A program made the position numbers and the translations under genes. From assembly GCA_964453155.1 (NCBI GenBank), contig CAYVQU010000001.1, positions 14,770 through 78,769 on the forward strand: a stretch of DNA of 64,000 bases, given 5' to 3'. The notes under the pieces were generated by a model that ran no database searches, had not been told where the DNA came from, and saw only the letters and a program-made list of their open reading frames with translations. This DNA comes from an uncultured Anaerolineales bacterium (GTDB lineage Bacteria; Chloroflexota; Anaerolineae; Anaerolineales; UBA11858). Shown piece by piece: positions 28,724-37,079 of the stretch. Positions within the stretch are counted from its first letter, which is position 1, and every line of letters begins with the position of its first letter.

Positions 28724-31700
28724 GATTCATCCTCTAGCGTAACATTAATATATAAGGGTGGGTTTAACCAAAATATGGATCGTAAAATACCGATTTGAAA
28801 AATTTTTACCAAGAAAAATACCAACCATAGTCGATAGCGAAGTTGTTGATAGGTTTTTATCACATCCTTCGATTCAGCGGTGGTTCCCGCGGAATTAAAC
28901 AATAAGCTCACAAAAACATCTACGATGCGATCGAACAAAACCCTGCTTTCAGCAATCCATTCCGACCAATGACTTCCCTGACTAACCTGGTGGGTCAAAC
29001 GCTCAAATAAGGTTTGATACCGATAAACCGTATCACCAGGATTGAGCGGGATCCCACACCACCGGCCGTAACGATAAATTCGCTTGAATAACTGCGGGAC
29101 CAGGATTTCTACCGGCAATCGAGATAGCCACCAATCCACGATTAAACCAAACCCAATCAGGACCCCGATTACGAAAAATAATCCCGACCACAGACTTTGG
29201 ACCCAATTCTCAAAGGAAAATGGATTTTCAGGGATGAGTGGTTTCAAATCCAATTCAAAATTATCAACCAATTCGAGGAAGGGTTCTACCGGGCGGTCAA
29301 TCGCCTGGCGGCCGCCGGTGGGTTCAAATATCACCCAACCATATTCCGGGAAATAAATTTCCACCCAGGCATGGGCTTGATCTGCGGTGATAATGAATTG
29401 ACCATTCTCGGCATCATAGTTTTCACCGACATAGCCTTGAACATATCGGGCGGGCAACCCGGCTGCGCGCGCCAAGACAACCATCGCGGTTGAATAATAA
29501 TCGCAATAACCTTTTTGCAGGCTGAACAGGAAATAATCGGCAACATCAGCCCCGGCCGGCCCGGTGGATACATCCAGGGTATATGGAAACTGCCGTAGAT
29601 AGCGTTCAATCGCGACCGCTCGATCGTAAGGGGTGGGTTCAGTCGCGGTTAAGTCGCGGGCCAACGACAAAACCCGATCAGGCACGGTAGCTGGCAAAAT
29701 CAGATAACGATTACGAACCCAAGCCGGATAAATTTGACTGGCGGCCTGCAACTCCTCCACGCTAGCAATCTGGACTAGCGAATCAGCTCGATACGAGTCG
29801 GCGTCGACCGTGGCACCGAAAATATCGAACGCCCCAATATCATACTCTCTCATCCGCCAGGAAACCCGGAAATCTTGATCGACACTCAACGGATCCCCTA
29901 CGGTGTGCATCAGCCCGCCCAGGTTGGTGGCCATATTAATTTGTTGGCGAATCAGCAAATTATCCCCAGTGCCAATTGAAATGATGCGTTCTCCCGGAGT
30001 GTGATCCACAATATCGGCCTCGCGCGATTCCCAACCATAACCAATGTAGCGATCATATGTTAAGCTGCGAAGATAGAGGGGCTGCAAAGCCGCAAACATG
30101 TCAGTTTCAGGATGACCGGATTGGAGCGATTCGATCGCGACCGTCATGACAACTTGGTCTGCCAACTCTGGACCGGAACCGATCAAATGTGAATTGGGCA
30201 GTCCCCCAGCTCGACGGATATCGAGGGTGTCGCGTTGTTTGGAAGACTGATTCTCTAAGCCCATCGATTGGGCCAAATCGGCCGAAGCTGCGCTTTGGCC
30301 CGTCATCTGACGCGCCCAATTGGCCATCTTCTCAATCGATATCGAGGGGATCGTCAATGAAAACAGCATCAACCCCAGGGTTAGTAACACAGCTGCCAAT
30401 GAAAATTTAGAGCGGATTTGGCTGGCAAAATTGAGACGCTCTAACTGCCAGGCCGTCTCTTTGGTATCGTAAGTGTTAAATACCATCAAGGCACTAACCG
30501 CACCCAGCATAAAGATTATGTCGTAAGAACTACTCCGCACCGAAGCCAAACTAAAAACAACCAAAGCTAACGCCGGGAAAAACCCGAATAGGGGGTTCTT
30601 TCGACGGAAAAGTCCCCACATCGCCCAAACAGTTACCGACCAAATTACCAGGCCCCAAATAAAAGTGATCACAACTGGATCGAAAATGGCCTGACCTTGA
30701 GCCAAGGTTACACCCCAGGTCCACAACCGGTTCCCCAAAGCGACTACGCCATCGGTAAATTTGTTCAGCGTAATCATAAACGGTTGAAAATCGGGCTGAC
30801 CGGCCCGATCCATAACCCAGGCCGTAATTTGGGGCACTAACCGGGCGGCGCGGATGAAAAGATTCGCAACCACATCTCCGAGACGTCCCACCCGGAGGGT
30901 TGTTATGCCAAGGCCAATTCCACTACCAATTAGCGCCGCCCACCGTCCTTTTAGCTTTGACACTGTTAATCCCCAACCAATCAGAATCCCTCCAACTAGC
31001 AAAGACCAGAGAAAATCTCGTTCCAAACCCCGCACCGCATCACTGATGAGCCGCACCATCATCCCAAAAAACACCAGGATCAGGGCCCAATTTCGAAACA
31101 GGCGTTTAAATTTCTGCCAGGCGACTTCCCACCGATCAACGGATGCCGACGAGCGGCCAGAGCGACGCAACAAAAATTTGAGTTCGTCTTTTAATTCTTT
31201 TTCGGGGCTGTCTAGCAAATCAGCACTAATGGTGTAATGGGCAACCCCTAACTTGAGCAGACGTTTGCGAAAAATCTCAAGCTGACCTTCACCCCCAAAC
31301 GAAACCGGATCTAAAATGAGAACAGTTGGCACGATACCAACGCGCTTGATTAATTCCAGGGCATTGACCCACTCGGGCGAGAGGCTGGGGGTAATGACGA
31401 TGAGACTCGTCCGAGCCCCTAAAGAAGTCCGCAAGCGATCCAGAACTTGGGGTAATTTTGCGCCCCCAGGCTGAATCTTAGCCAATGACTTAAGGATCGC
31501 CCAAAGATGAGTATCCCCCATTTTGGGCGGATGCCAGGCCAATTCGTCGCCATGCGAGACAAACCCGACATGTTTACCTAATTGCAATCCCCGGTTGGCT
31601 AGGGAGGCCCCCAATATCACGCCATGTTCGGTAGTAGAACGTTTACCTTCCCCAACCTGAACCGCGGCATCCAAATCGAGCAGAATCCACCAATCGCTGG

Positions 31701-32472
31701 TGGGTTCATCATCGAAAATGTGAACAAATGGCTCCCCAATACGGGCAGTGGTCGGCCAATGAAGCCAACGTAAACTATCACCCGGTACATATTCACGAAC
31801 CCCGGTAGTACTGACGGTTTGTTTGATGGCTCTGATCGAGGAATTTCCTTCTCCGATCCGCTCGCCAGAGGCAATTTCAATTTCCGGCAAGGCAATTACC
31901 GGCGGTGCAACCATCATGTTAACCGCATCGGCGTAGTCCACTGTCACTTCATAAATTCCAAAAGGATCACCCGATTCTAAGGTCACCGGACCTAAAGTAT
32001 AAATGCCGCGCTGACTGCATACGCCTTGGGTATGCCAATTGTGGTACCGCCAACCCTGAACTTCCGCCACTGAGCTGATTTCATACTCACTCATATCTGA
32101 GTGATCATCCACGGCAACCCAAAGCCCTGGGGCCCAACTGTTATTTTCGAGGGACACCCGTTCTCGCAATTGATCCCCAACCTGCTTCCAATCAAAGCGC
32201 ATTTCTCTTTCTATGCGCAACCCCCGTTTCAAAGAATACGTCCAGATATAAGCCAACAACCACATCCCCCCAAATCCCGCTAACAAGATCACCCAGCCCT
32301 TAAATGGGAAAAACAATTGGATAATTAATAATCCAATTACCACTACCGGGAGCAAACGAGTTTTAAGTTTTAGCGTTCTGACGGGTTCATCGCGGGGTGT
32401 CATACAAGTCTTACTGCTAAGTGACAAAAGCGGTTCAATCCTTACAATAGGCGGTGTGACTTCCAGCCACAC
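28720..32472 (-). CDS. Fusion protein: DUF58 (vWA-fold MoxR partner) + multi-TM region + transglutaminase-like core (TgpA-like) + DUF4129-like tail
   Basis: 1250 aa. DUF58 signature GVREYVPGDSLRWLHWPTTARIGEPFVHIFDDE (res ~224-256). At least six hydrophobic segments lie in res ~460-710. TGase core is QKGYCDYYS (Cys990), DQAHAWVEIY (His1034) and GWVIFEPT (Glu1050). The start is either GTG 32472 or ATG 32403; the GTG lies inside a 17-bp hairpin. Confidence 0.85.
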   Translation of the reverse strand: MWLEVTPPIVRIEPLLSLSSKTCMTPRDEPVRTLKLKTRLLPVVVIGLLIIQLFFPFKGWVILLAGFGGMWLLAYIWTYSLKRGLRIEREMRFDWKQVGDQLRERVSLENNSWAPGLWVAVDDHSDMSEYEISSVAEVQGWRYHNWHTQGVCSQRGIYTLGPVTLESGDPFGIYEVTVDYADAVNMMVAPPVIALPEIEIASGERIGEGNSSIRAIKQTVSTTGVREYVPGDSLRWLHWPTTARIGEPFVHIFDDEPTSDWWILLDLDAAVQVGEGKRSTTEHGVILGASLANRGLQLGKHVGFVSHGDELAWHPPKMGDTHLWAILKSLAKIQPGGAKLPQVLDRLRTSLGARTSLIVITPSLSPEWVNALELIKRVGIVPTVLILDPVSFGGEGQLEIFRKRLLKLGVAHYTISADLLDSPEKELKDELKFLLRRSGRSSASVDRWEVAWQKFKRLFRNWALILVFFGMMVRLISDAVRGLERDFLWSLLVGGILIGWGLTVSKLKGRWAALIGSGIGLGITTLRVGRLGDVVANLFIRAARLVPQITAWVMDRAGQPDFQPFMITLNKFTDGVVALGNRLWTWGVTLAQGQAIFDPVVITFIWGLVIWSVTVWAMWGLFRRKNPLFGFFPALALVVFSLASVRSSSYDIIFMLGAVSALMVFNTYDTKETAWQLERLNFASQIRSKFSLAAVLLTLGLMLFSLTIPSISIEKMANWARQMTGQSAASADLAQSMGLENQSSKQRDTLDIRRAGGLPNSHLIGSGPELADQVVMTVAIESLQSGHPETDMFAALQPLYLRSLTYDRYIGYGWESREADIVDHTPGERIISIGTGDNLLIRQQINMATNLGGLMHTVGDPLSVDQDFRVSWRMREYDIGAFDIFGATVDADSYRADSLVQIASVEELQAASQIYPAWVRNRYLILPATVPDRVLSLARDLTATEPTPYDRAVAIERYLRQFPYTLDVSTGPAGADVADYFLFSLQKGYCDYYSTAMVVLARAAGLPARYVQGYVGENYDAENGQFIITADQAHAWVEIYFPEYGWVIFEPTGGRQAIDRPVEPFLELVDNFELDLKPLIPENPFSFENWVQSLWSGLFFVIGVLIGFGLIVDWWLSRLPVEILVPQLFKRIYRYGRWCGIPLNPGDTVYRYQTLFERLTHQVSQGSHWSEWIAESRVLFDRIVDVFVSLLFNSAGTTAESKDVIKTYQQLRYRLWLVFFLVKIFQIGILRSIFWLNPPLYINVTLEDES

Positions 32473-32484
32473 CGCCTATTGTAA
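32442..32484 (-). promoter_or_regulatory. 17-bp perfect hairpin at the permease / DUF58-TGase gene junction
   Basis: TTACAATAGGCGGTGTG (32442-32458) and CACACCGCCTATTGTAA (32468-32484) with a 9-nt loop. It begins 2 nt after the upstream TAG. There is no U-run. Confidence 0.55.
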
Positions 32485-32485
32485 A

Positions 32486-35400
32486 CTACACTTCTCGTAA
32501 CCGGGGATTAATCACTCGATCGAGGGCAAACCCAAAGAGAGCAAATGCCAGACCGGTGATCATCAACAGGCCAATCGGCTCCAAAATCCAATAATAATGC
32601 CCCAAGAGATGAGCACTGTTATCAAAGGCATCAAAAACCACTTTCCCCCAGGTTGGCAAATAGGGATCACTCAACCCGAGATATGCCAGGGTGGCTTCGT
32701 AAAATACATATCCCGGCACCATGATGACCAGTTGAGGTAACAAAATTGGCACAATCCGAGGGATCAGATATTGGAAAACTATCCGGCGATTTCCCGCGCC
32801 GTAAGCCCGGGCACCTTCAATATAATCGGCTTCTTTCACCTGTAAAAATGCGGCCCGATAATTTTTAATCGAACTGCCAAAGATGTTCAGCAGCACAATA
32901 ACCCCCAAAATGACCCAGATACTCTTGGAATACATGATATAGATCATGACGGCAATCGGCAAGGTGGGCAAAATAATGTTGATTTCAGTAATTCGTTGAA
33001 TTAGATTATCGACCCAACCCCCATACCAGACCCCAAACGCAGAAATGAACATCGCGGCCAGGCCCGTACCAACTGCCCCCAGTAATCCAAATGCCAACGC
33101 GACTGGCGTCCCCCATAACAGAGCGACCTTCAAATCCCGCCGGTGATGGTCGGTTCCAGCAATCCCATGGACGCGGCCGTAGAGTACAAATTCAGCCTCA
33201 AAATCTGATTCGGATTCAAACACAATACCGCTGACTTTGAGTTGATAGCGCCCATTTAAGGGAGTCGGTTCTTCGAAATTGGGATCGGCAAACAGCCCGA
33301 TTTGGGGTGCCAACCCCCTCAACCGACGTTGGAGGCGTTCATCTTGAACCATACGGTAAATATGAGGATTCTCAAGTGAAAAACTACTCAACCGGATTTC
33401 ACGCTGATCGGGGGTCAACCAAGTTAGCGACACATGTGGCAGTTTTTCATCAAACTCACTCGCGAAAAAGAGGGTCAGCTCTTCAGGGAATTGGGCGTAG
33501 TTGTAGTCAAATTCAAAAATCACGGTCACATCGGTAGTCTCTGCATTGACTTGTTCGTAAACCTTGGTGACCGCTGGGGCACGGGTATCCAGAATTAATG
33601 TCTCAGGTAATTTTTCGGTGCGGAACCAATTCGTCCACCCAGGGGCCGCGTTGCGCGGGTATTTTTCCCATGAATCGGTCGTATGGGTCCGCCACAACAC
33701 AACGGCTTCATTATATGGCAGGGCGAAAACAGTATATATGGAAACGCCAATCAATATCAAAATTACTGCCATCCCCACCAACGCGGAAGGGTACCGGCGC
33801 AGCTCTTTTACGAGCGATTTTTGAGTATTGAACAGACCCTTCCGGCCCTGCCAACCGCCTACAAACAGAGATTTCAGGAAATTTGGAATTGCGCTCAGCG
33901 CGTGGGACAATTCAGTGATGCCCCTGAATATCACGGTTGGTACCGCACCCACTCGGGTAAGCCACGTCGCAGATCGTCTAACAGTAAGCATTCGATTTCC
34001 GTTGTTCCCGAGCCGTACTTTGGGGTCCACGAGACCATATACCAAATCCAATACAAAGACTGTTATTGCCAAAATATAGGCGAATATCACCACAATGGCC
34101 ACAATGATGGGGGTACTGGTGTTATTAAACCGCGTAACCGCCTGTAAAAAGAGCTGACCAATTCCGGGCCAATGGAATAGCAGTTCGAGCGCGATTGCAG
34201 TTTCCCAGAGGGTGATCATCATCATTGCAAAATTGGTAATCACATAAGGAAAAGTTGGTCGCAAAATGTATTTACGTTCAATCGCACGTTCCGACAAGCC
34301 CATCGCTTTGGCCATTTCGACATAATCTTCCTGCGAATAGATCAGGAAAAATGTTCGCCAGGCGTAAACTCCTTGGAAGAAAACGCTCAAGAAAATCGCC
34401 AGTACGGGCATGATCAGTTGTTTTGCCAAGACCCCTAAAAATCGGCGGGAATAATCGGCATATTGGAGATCGATGGCCACCGGGAAAGGCAGCCAGCGTA
34501 ATTGCGCCGCTAAAATTAGGATTAATAAGATGCCATAGATCCAACTTGGGGCCGAACTCAAAGCAGCCAGGACCGCACTCATCCGGTCGAGCCAACTACC
34601 ATATTTGCGCGATAAAAACAGGGCGACAAAAATACTCGTAAAAAAGAAAATGATATTTGCGACCCCCACCAGAATCAGTGTAAATGGTAGTCGTTCTAAT
34701 ACCATTTCCTGGACTGAGCGATTTCCACTTTGGAATATACCCTTGAAGAAATAATTCAACCGGGCTTCTCCCAGGTTCAGCGTCAGACCATGAAACAGCC
34801 AACGAACCGTCCGCAGCATGAAAGGATCATGCAATCCCATTGATTCTTCCAACCCCCATTCCATATTTTCAAGGTAGGCGTCCTGTTCTTTTTCCGGAAT
34901 TTCATCCAGACCCCCCGCCATCACAAAACCCATGATTTGCTGAGCCACCATCCCTCGCATGATTTCATCGACATAACCGCCCATATTGGCGACCAAAATG
35001 GTCAAATAAACACCGATGACAACCGTAAAAAACAGGGTGATGAGTTTTTTCAGCGAGTATTTTGAGAAATCGATCACCCCTTTAAATCGGTCAAACTTCT
35101 GGTTTCCTCGGACTTGCTCATCTGAAATTAGTATTACTGGTTTCCGTTCGAGGTTATTAAGAGCCCCCATAGCTTCCGAATGCTGGGCGTTAACCCGCAA
35201 GGTTTGGTGTAACAACGCTTTTTGTAGCCCAAGAGTCTGCGTCGCCTGACTTAGTAAATACCAGGCGTCATCATTGGCAGGATCGGAATGCAATATTTTT
35301 TGTAGCAGGGCGCGTGCCGCATCCCAGTCTGCTTGCCCAATTAAGACCTGAGCTTGGGAAAGTTGTGAGGCGCTGTCAGGTACTGATGATGTTTTTTGGG

Positions 35401-35665
35401 GAGCAGTTTGTATTTTGAGTTGGGGTTCTAAACGGTCCAGTTGTTCCCTGGCATTTCCGTTATCAGGGTTCAGGCGTAAAACCTGCTGTAAAGCATATGT
35501 TTTGCCAGCCAGATCAGAAACCGCAAAACTCAAGGCATACCAGGCCTGCGCATCATCTGGATTCTGACGCAAAATACCAATTAAAATTTCTCGAGCCTGC
35601 TCGATGTTTCCAGCTCTAATTTGATTTACCGCAGCTGTAAATGATTTTGCAGTGATGGCATCCAT
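32486..35665 (-). CDS. Triple fusion: N-terminal TPR repeats + OppB/DppB-type permease + OppC/DppC-type permease
   Basis: 1059 aa. TPR-like repeats: NPDDAQAWYALSFAV, NPDNGNAREQL and DPANDDAWYLLSQA. The first permease half is paralogous to 39392-40534 (VYLTILVANMGGYVDEIMRG; EAA loop EDYVEMAKAMGLSERAIERKYILRPT). The second half is paralogous to 38049-39395 (YPSALVGMAVIL...; DYIEGARAYGAGNRRIVFQYLIPRI). Confidence 0.88.
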   Translation of the reverse strand: MDAITAKSFTAAVNQIRAGNIEQAREILIGILRQNPDDAQAWYALSFAVSDLAGKTYALQQVLRLNPDNGNAREQLDRLEPQLKIQTAPQKTSSVPDSASQLSQAQVLIGQADWDAARALLQKILHSDPANDDAWYLLSQATQTLGLQKALLHQTLRVNAQHSEAMGALNNLERKPVILISDEQVRGNQKFDRFKGVIDFSKYSLKKLITLFFTVVIGVYLTILVANMGGYVDEIMRGMVAQQIMGFVMAGGLDEIPEKEQDAYLENMEWGLEESMGLHDPFMLRTVRWLFHGLTLNLGEARLNYFFKGIFQSGNRSVQEMVLERLPFTLILVGVANIIFFFTSIFVALFLSRKYGSWLDRMSAVLAALSSAPSWIYGILLILILAAQLRWLPFPVAIDLQYADYSRRFLGVLAKQLIMPVLAIFLSVFFQGVYAWRTFFLIYSQEDYVEMAKAMGLSERAIERKYILRPTFPYVITNFAMMMITLWETAIALELLFHWPGIGQLFLQAVTRFNNTSTPIIVAIVVIFAYILAITVFVLDLVYGLVDPKVRLGNNGNRMLTVRRSATWLTRVGAVPTVIFRGITELSHALSAIPNFLKSLFVGGWQGRKGLFNTQKSLVKELRRYPSALVGMAVILILIGVSIYTVFALPYNEAVVLWRTHTTDSWEKYPRNAAPGWTNWFRTEKLPETLILDTRAPAVTKVYEQVNAETTDVTVIFEFDYNYAQFPEELTLFFASEFDEKLPHVSLTWLTPDQREIRLSSFSLENPHIYRMVQDERLQRRLRGLAPQIGLFADPNFEEPTPLNGRYQLKVSGIVFESESDFEAEFVLYGRVHGIAGTDHHRRDLKVALLWGTPVALAFGLLGAVGTGLAAMFISAFGVWYGGWVDNLIQRITEINIILPTLPIAVMIYIMYSKSIWVILGVIVLLNIFGSSIKNYRAAFLQVKEADYIEGARAYGAGNRRIVFQYLIPRIVPILLPQLVIMVPGYVFYEATLAYLGLSDPYLPTWGKVVFDAFDNSAHLLGHYYWILEPIGLLMITGLAFALFGFALDRVINPRLREV

Positions 35666-35776
35666 GTTCTTAGGATTTTACGTGAAACTATCCAGTCCCA
35701 CAATCAAAAATTCTATACTTCTTACCAATAAGCAAAACAAGCAGTTCATTCAACCCCCACAAAACCGATAGAAATA

Positions 35777-35817
35777 TTCAGCCTTGCTTTGGGAAAAAAT
35801 CTCAAAGCAAGGCTGAA
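35777..35817 (-). terminator. Intrinsic terminator ending the upstream oppBCDF unit
   Basis: 15-bp perfect stem TTCAGCCTTGCTTTG / CAAAGCAAGGCTGAA with an 11-nt loop. The - strand continues UAUUUCUAUCGGUUUU. Confidence 0.55.
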
Positions 35818-35837
35818 AGTTTTTCAAACCAATAAAT

Positions 35838-36038
35838 CTATTTCCGACCGACTTTTGCGTACCAGGCGGCTCCGATTATGCCCATAAGCAACCCACCTAC
35901 AGATGCAAAATAGGACACGAAGTTAAGGAAAAAAGTGGATTTCAAAATACCCATTACCATCAGGAAGGGTGCCACAAACCCAAATAGCACCATGAAAAAC
36001 CCGATGATGATCAGTTGTCTTGGTCTAACTGTGTCCAT
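35838..36038 (-). CDS. Small two-TM membrane protein (66 aa)
   Basis: ATG at 36036-38 gives MDTVRPRQLIIIGFFMVLFGFVAPFLMVMGILKSTFFLNFVSYFASVGGLLMGIIGAAWYAKVGRK. It overlaps the oppF-like stop by 14 nt. The longer track ORF (to 36125) overlaps oppF out of frame. Confidence 0.5.
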   Translation of the reverse strand: MDTVRPRQLIIIGFFMVLFGFVAPFLMVMGILKSTFFLNFVSYFASVGGLLMGIIGAAWYAKVGRK

Positions 36039-37071
36039 TATCCTTATACAGCCAGCAATAGGTGGTGTGGCCCGCCTCCGTCGGTTCGAACTCGGGCGGA
36101 TCTTCAACATCGCAGAGACCGGCAATCATCTTCGCACAGCGAGGATGGAACCGACAGCCAGCGGGTGGGTTAACCAAACTGGGGGGCTCGCCAGGGGGAA
36201 TCTCTTTGAAGGTTTTGGCATTATCGGCATCCGGCTCCGAGGTCCCTTGTAACAGGGCATCGGTATAAGGATGCAAGTGATCGTAAAGAATGCCATCCAC
36301 GGGTGATTTTTCAATTAGCTGTCCGGCGTACATCACAAAGATGCGATCCGAGAAATAACGCACCGTTGAGAGGTCGTGAGTAATGTAGATCACGGCCAGG
36401 TTGTGGGTTTGCTGCAATCCTTCCAACAGCTTCAAGATTTCAACCCGTACGGAGGCGTCGAGCATCGAAACCGGCTCATCGGCCACAATCAGTTTGGGTT
36501 CCAAAATCATCGCCCGGGCAATAACCACCCGCTGCTGCTGACCACCACTCAGCATGTGAGGGAACTTGTCGATGAAATCATCTACTGGGTTCAACTTTAC
36601 TTCGTCCATCACCCTGCGGATGCGTTCGGTGCGTTCAGCTTGGTCAGAGACACCGTTAATGATCAACGGTTCTGCTAAAATCCGTTCAATGGTCATGAAG
36701 GGCGGCAGCGCGCCATAGGGGTCCTGCTGGACAAAACCAATTTTCGAGCGGAACTTTCGCAGTTCCGAGCCAGATAACTCGGTCAATTTTTGGCCATCAA
36801 ACTCGACCTCACCACTGTGGGGCGTGTTGATACCCAAAATTGTTTTCATCAGGCTGGTTTTACCCGAACCACTCTCACCAACGATGGCAATCGCATCACC
36901 GTACCCCAGGTCGAAGCTGACATTGTCAACCGCCCGGACGTAACCGGCATGGGCAAAACCCCACTTCTTTAATTCAAACCATACTCGCAAATTTTGAATG
37001 GACAGCAGAGGTGCATCGCCATTATCCATCGTTTGTACGTTTTCAGTCATTTCTTTCAAATTTTCTGTCAT
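36025..37071 (-). CDS. Oligopeptide/dipeptide ABC transporter ATP-binding protein (OppF/DppF-like)
   Basis: Walker A GESGSGKTS, signature LSGGQQQRV, Walker B IVADEPVSMLD, and a C-terminal oligo_HPY Cys cluster GCRFHPRC. The ATG at 37071 has GAGGG upstream. The alternative ATG at 37101 overlaps the oppD-like gene. Confidence 0.9.
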   Translation of the reverse strand: MTENLKEMTENVQTMDNGDAPLLSIQNLRVWFELKKWGFAHAGYVRAVDNVSFDLGYGDAIAIVGESGSGKTSLMKTILGINTPHSGEVEFDGQKLTELSGSELRKFRSKIGFVQQDPYGALPPFMTIERILAEPLIINGVSDQAERTERIRRVMDEVKLNPVDDFIDKFPHMLSGGQQQRVVIARAMILEPKLIVADEPVSMLDASVRVEILKLLEGLQQTHNLAVIYITHDLSTVRYFSDRIFVMYAGQLIEKSPVDGILYDHLHPYTDALLQGTSEPDADNAKTFKEIPPGEPPSLVNPPAGCRFHPRCAKMIAGLCDVEDPPEFEPTEAGHTTYCWLYKDNGHS

Positions 37072-37079
37072 GATGCCCT

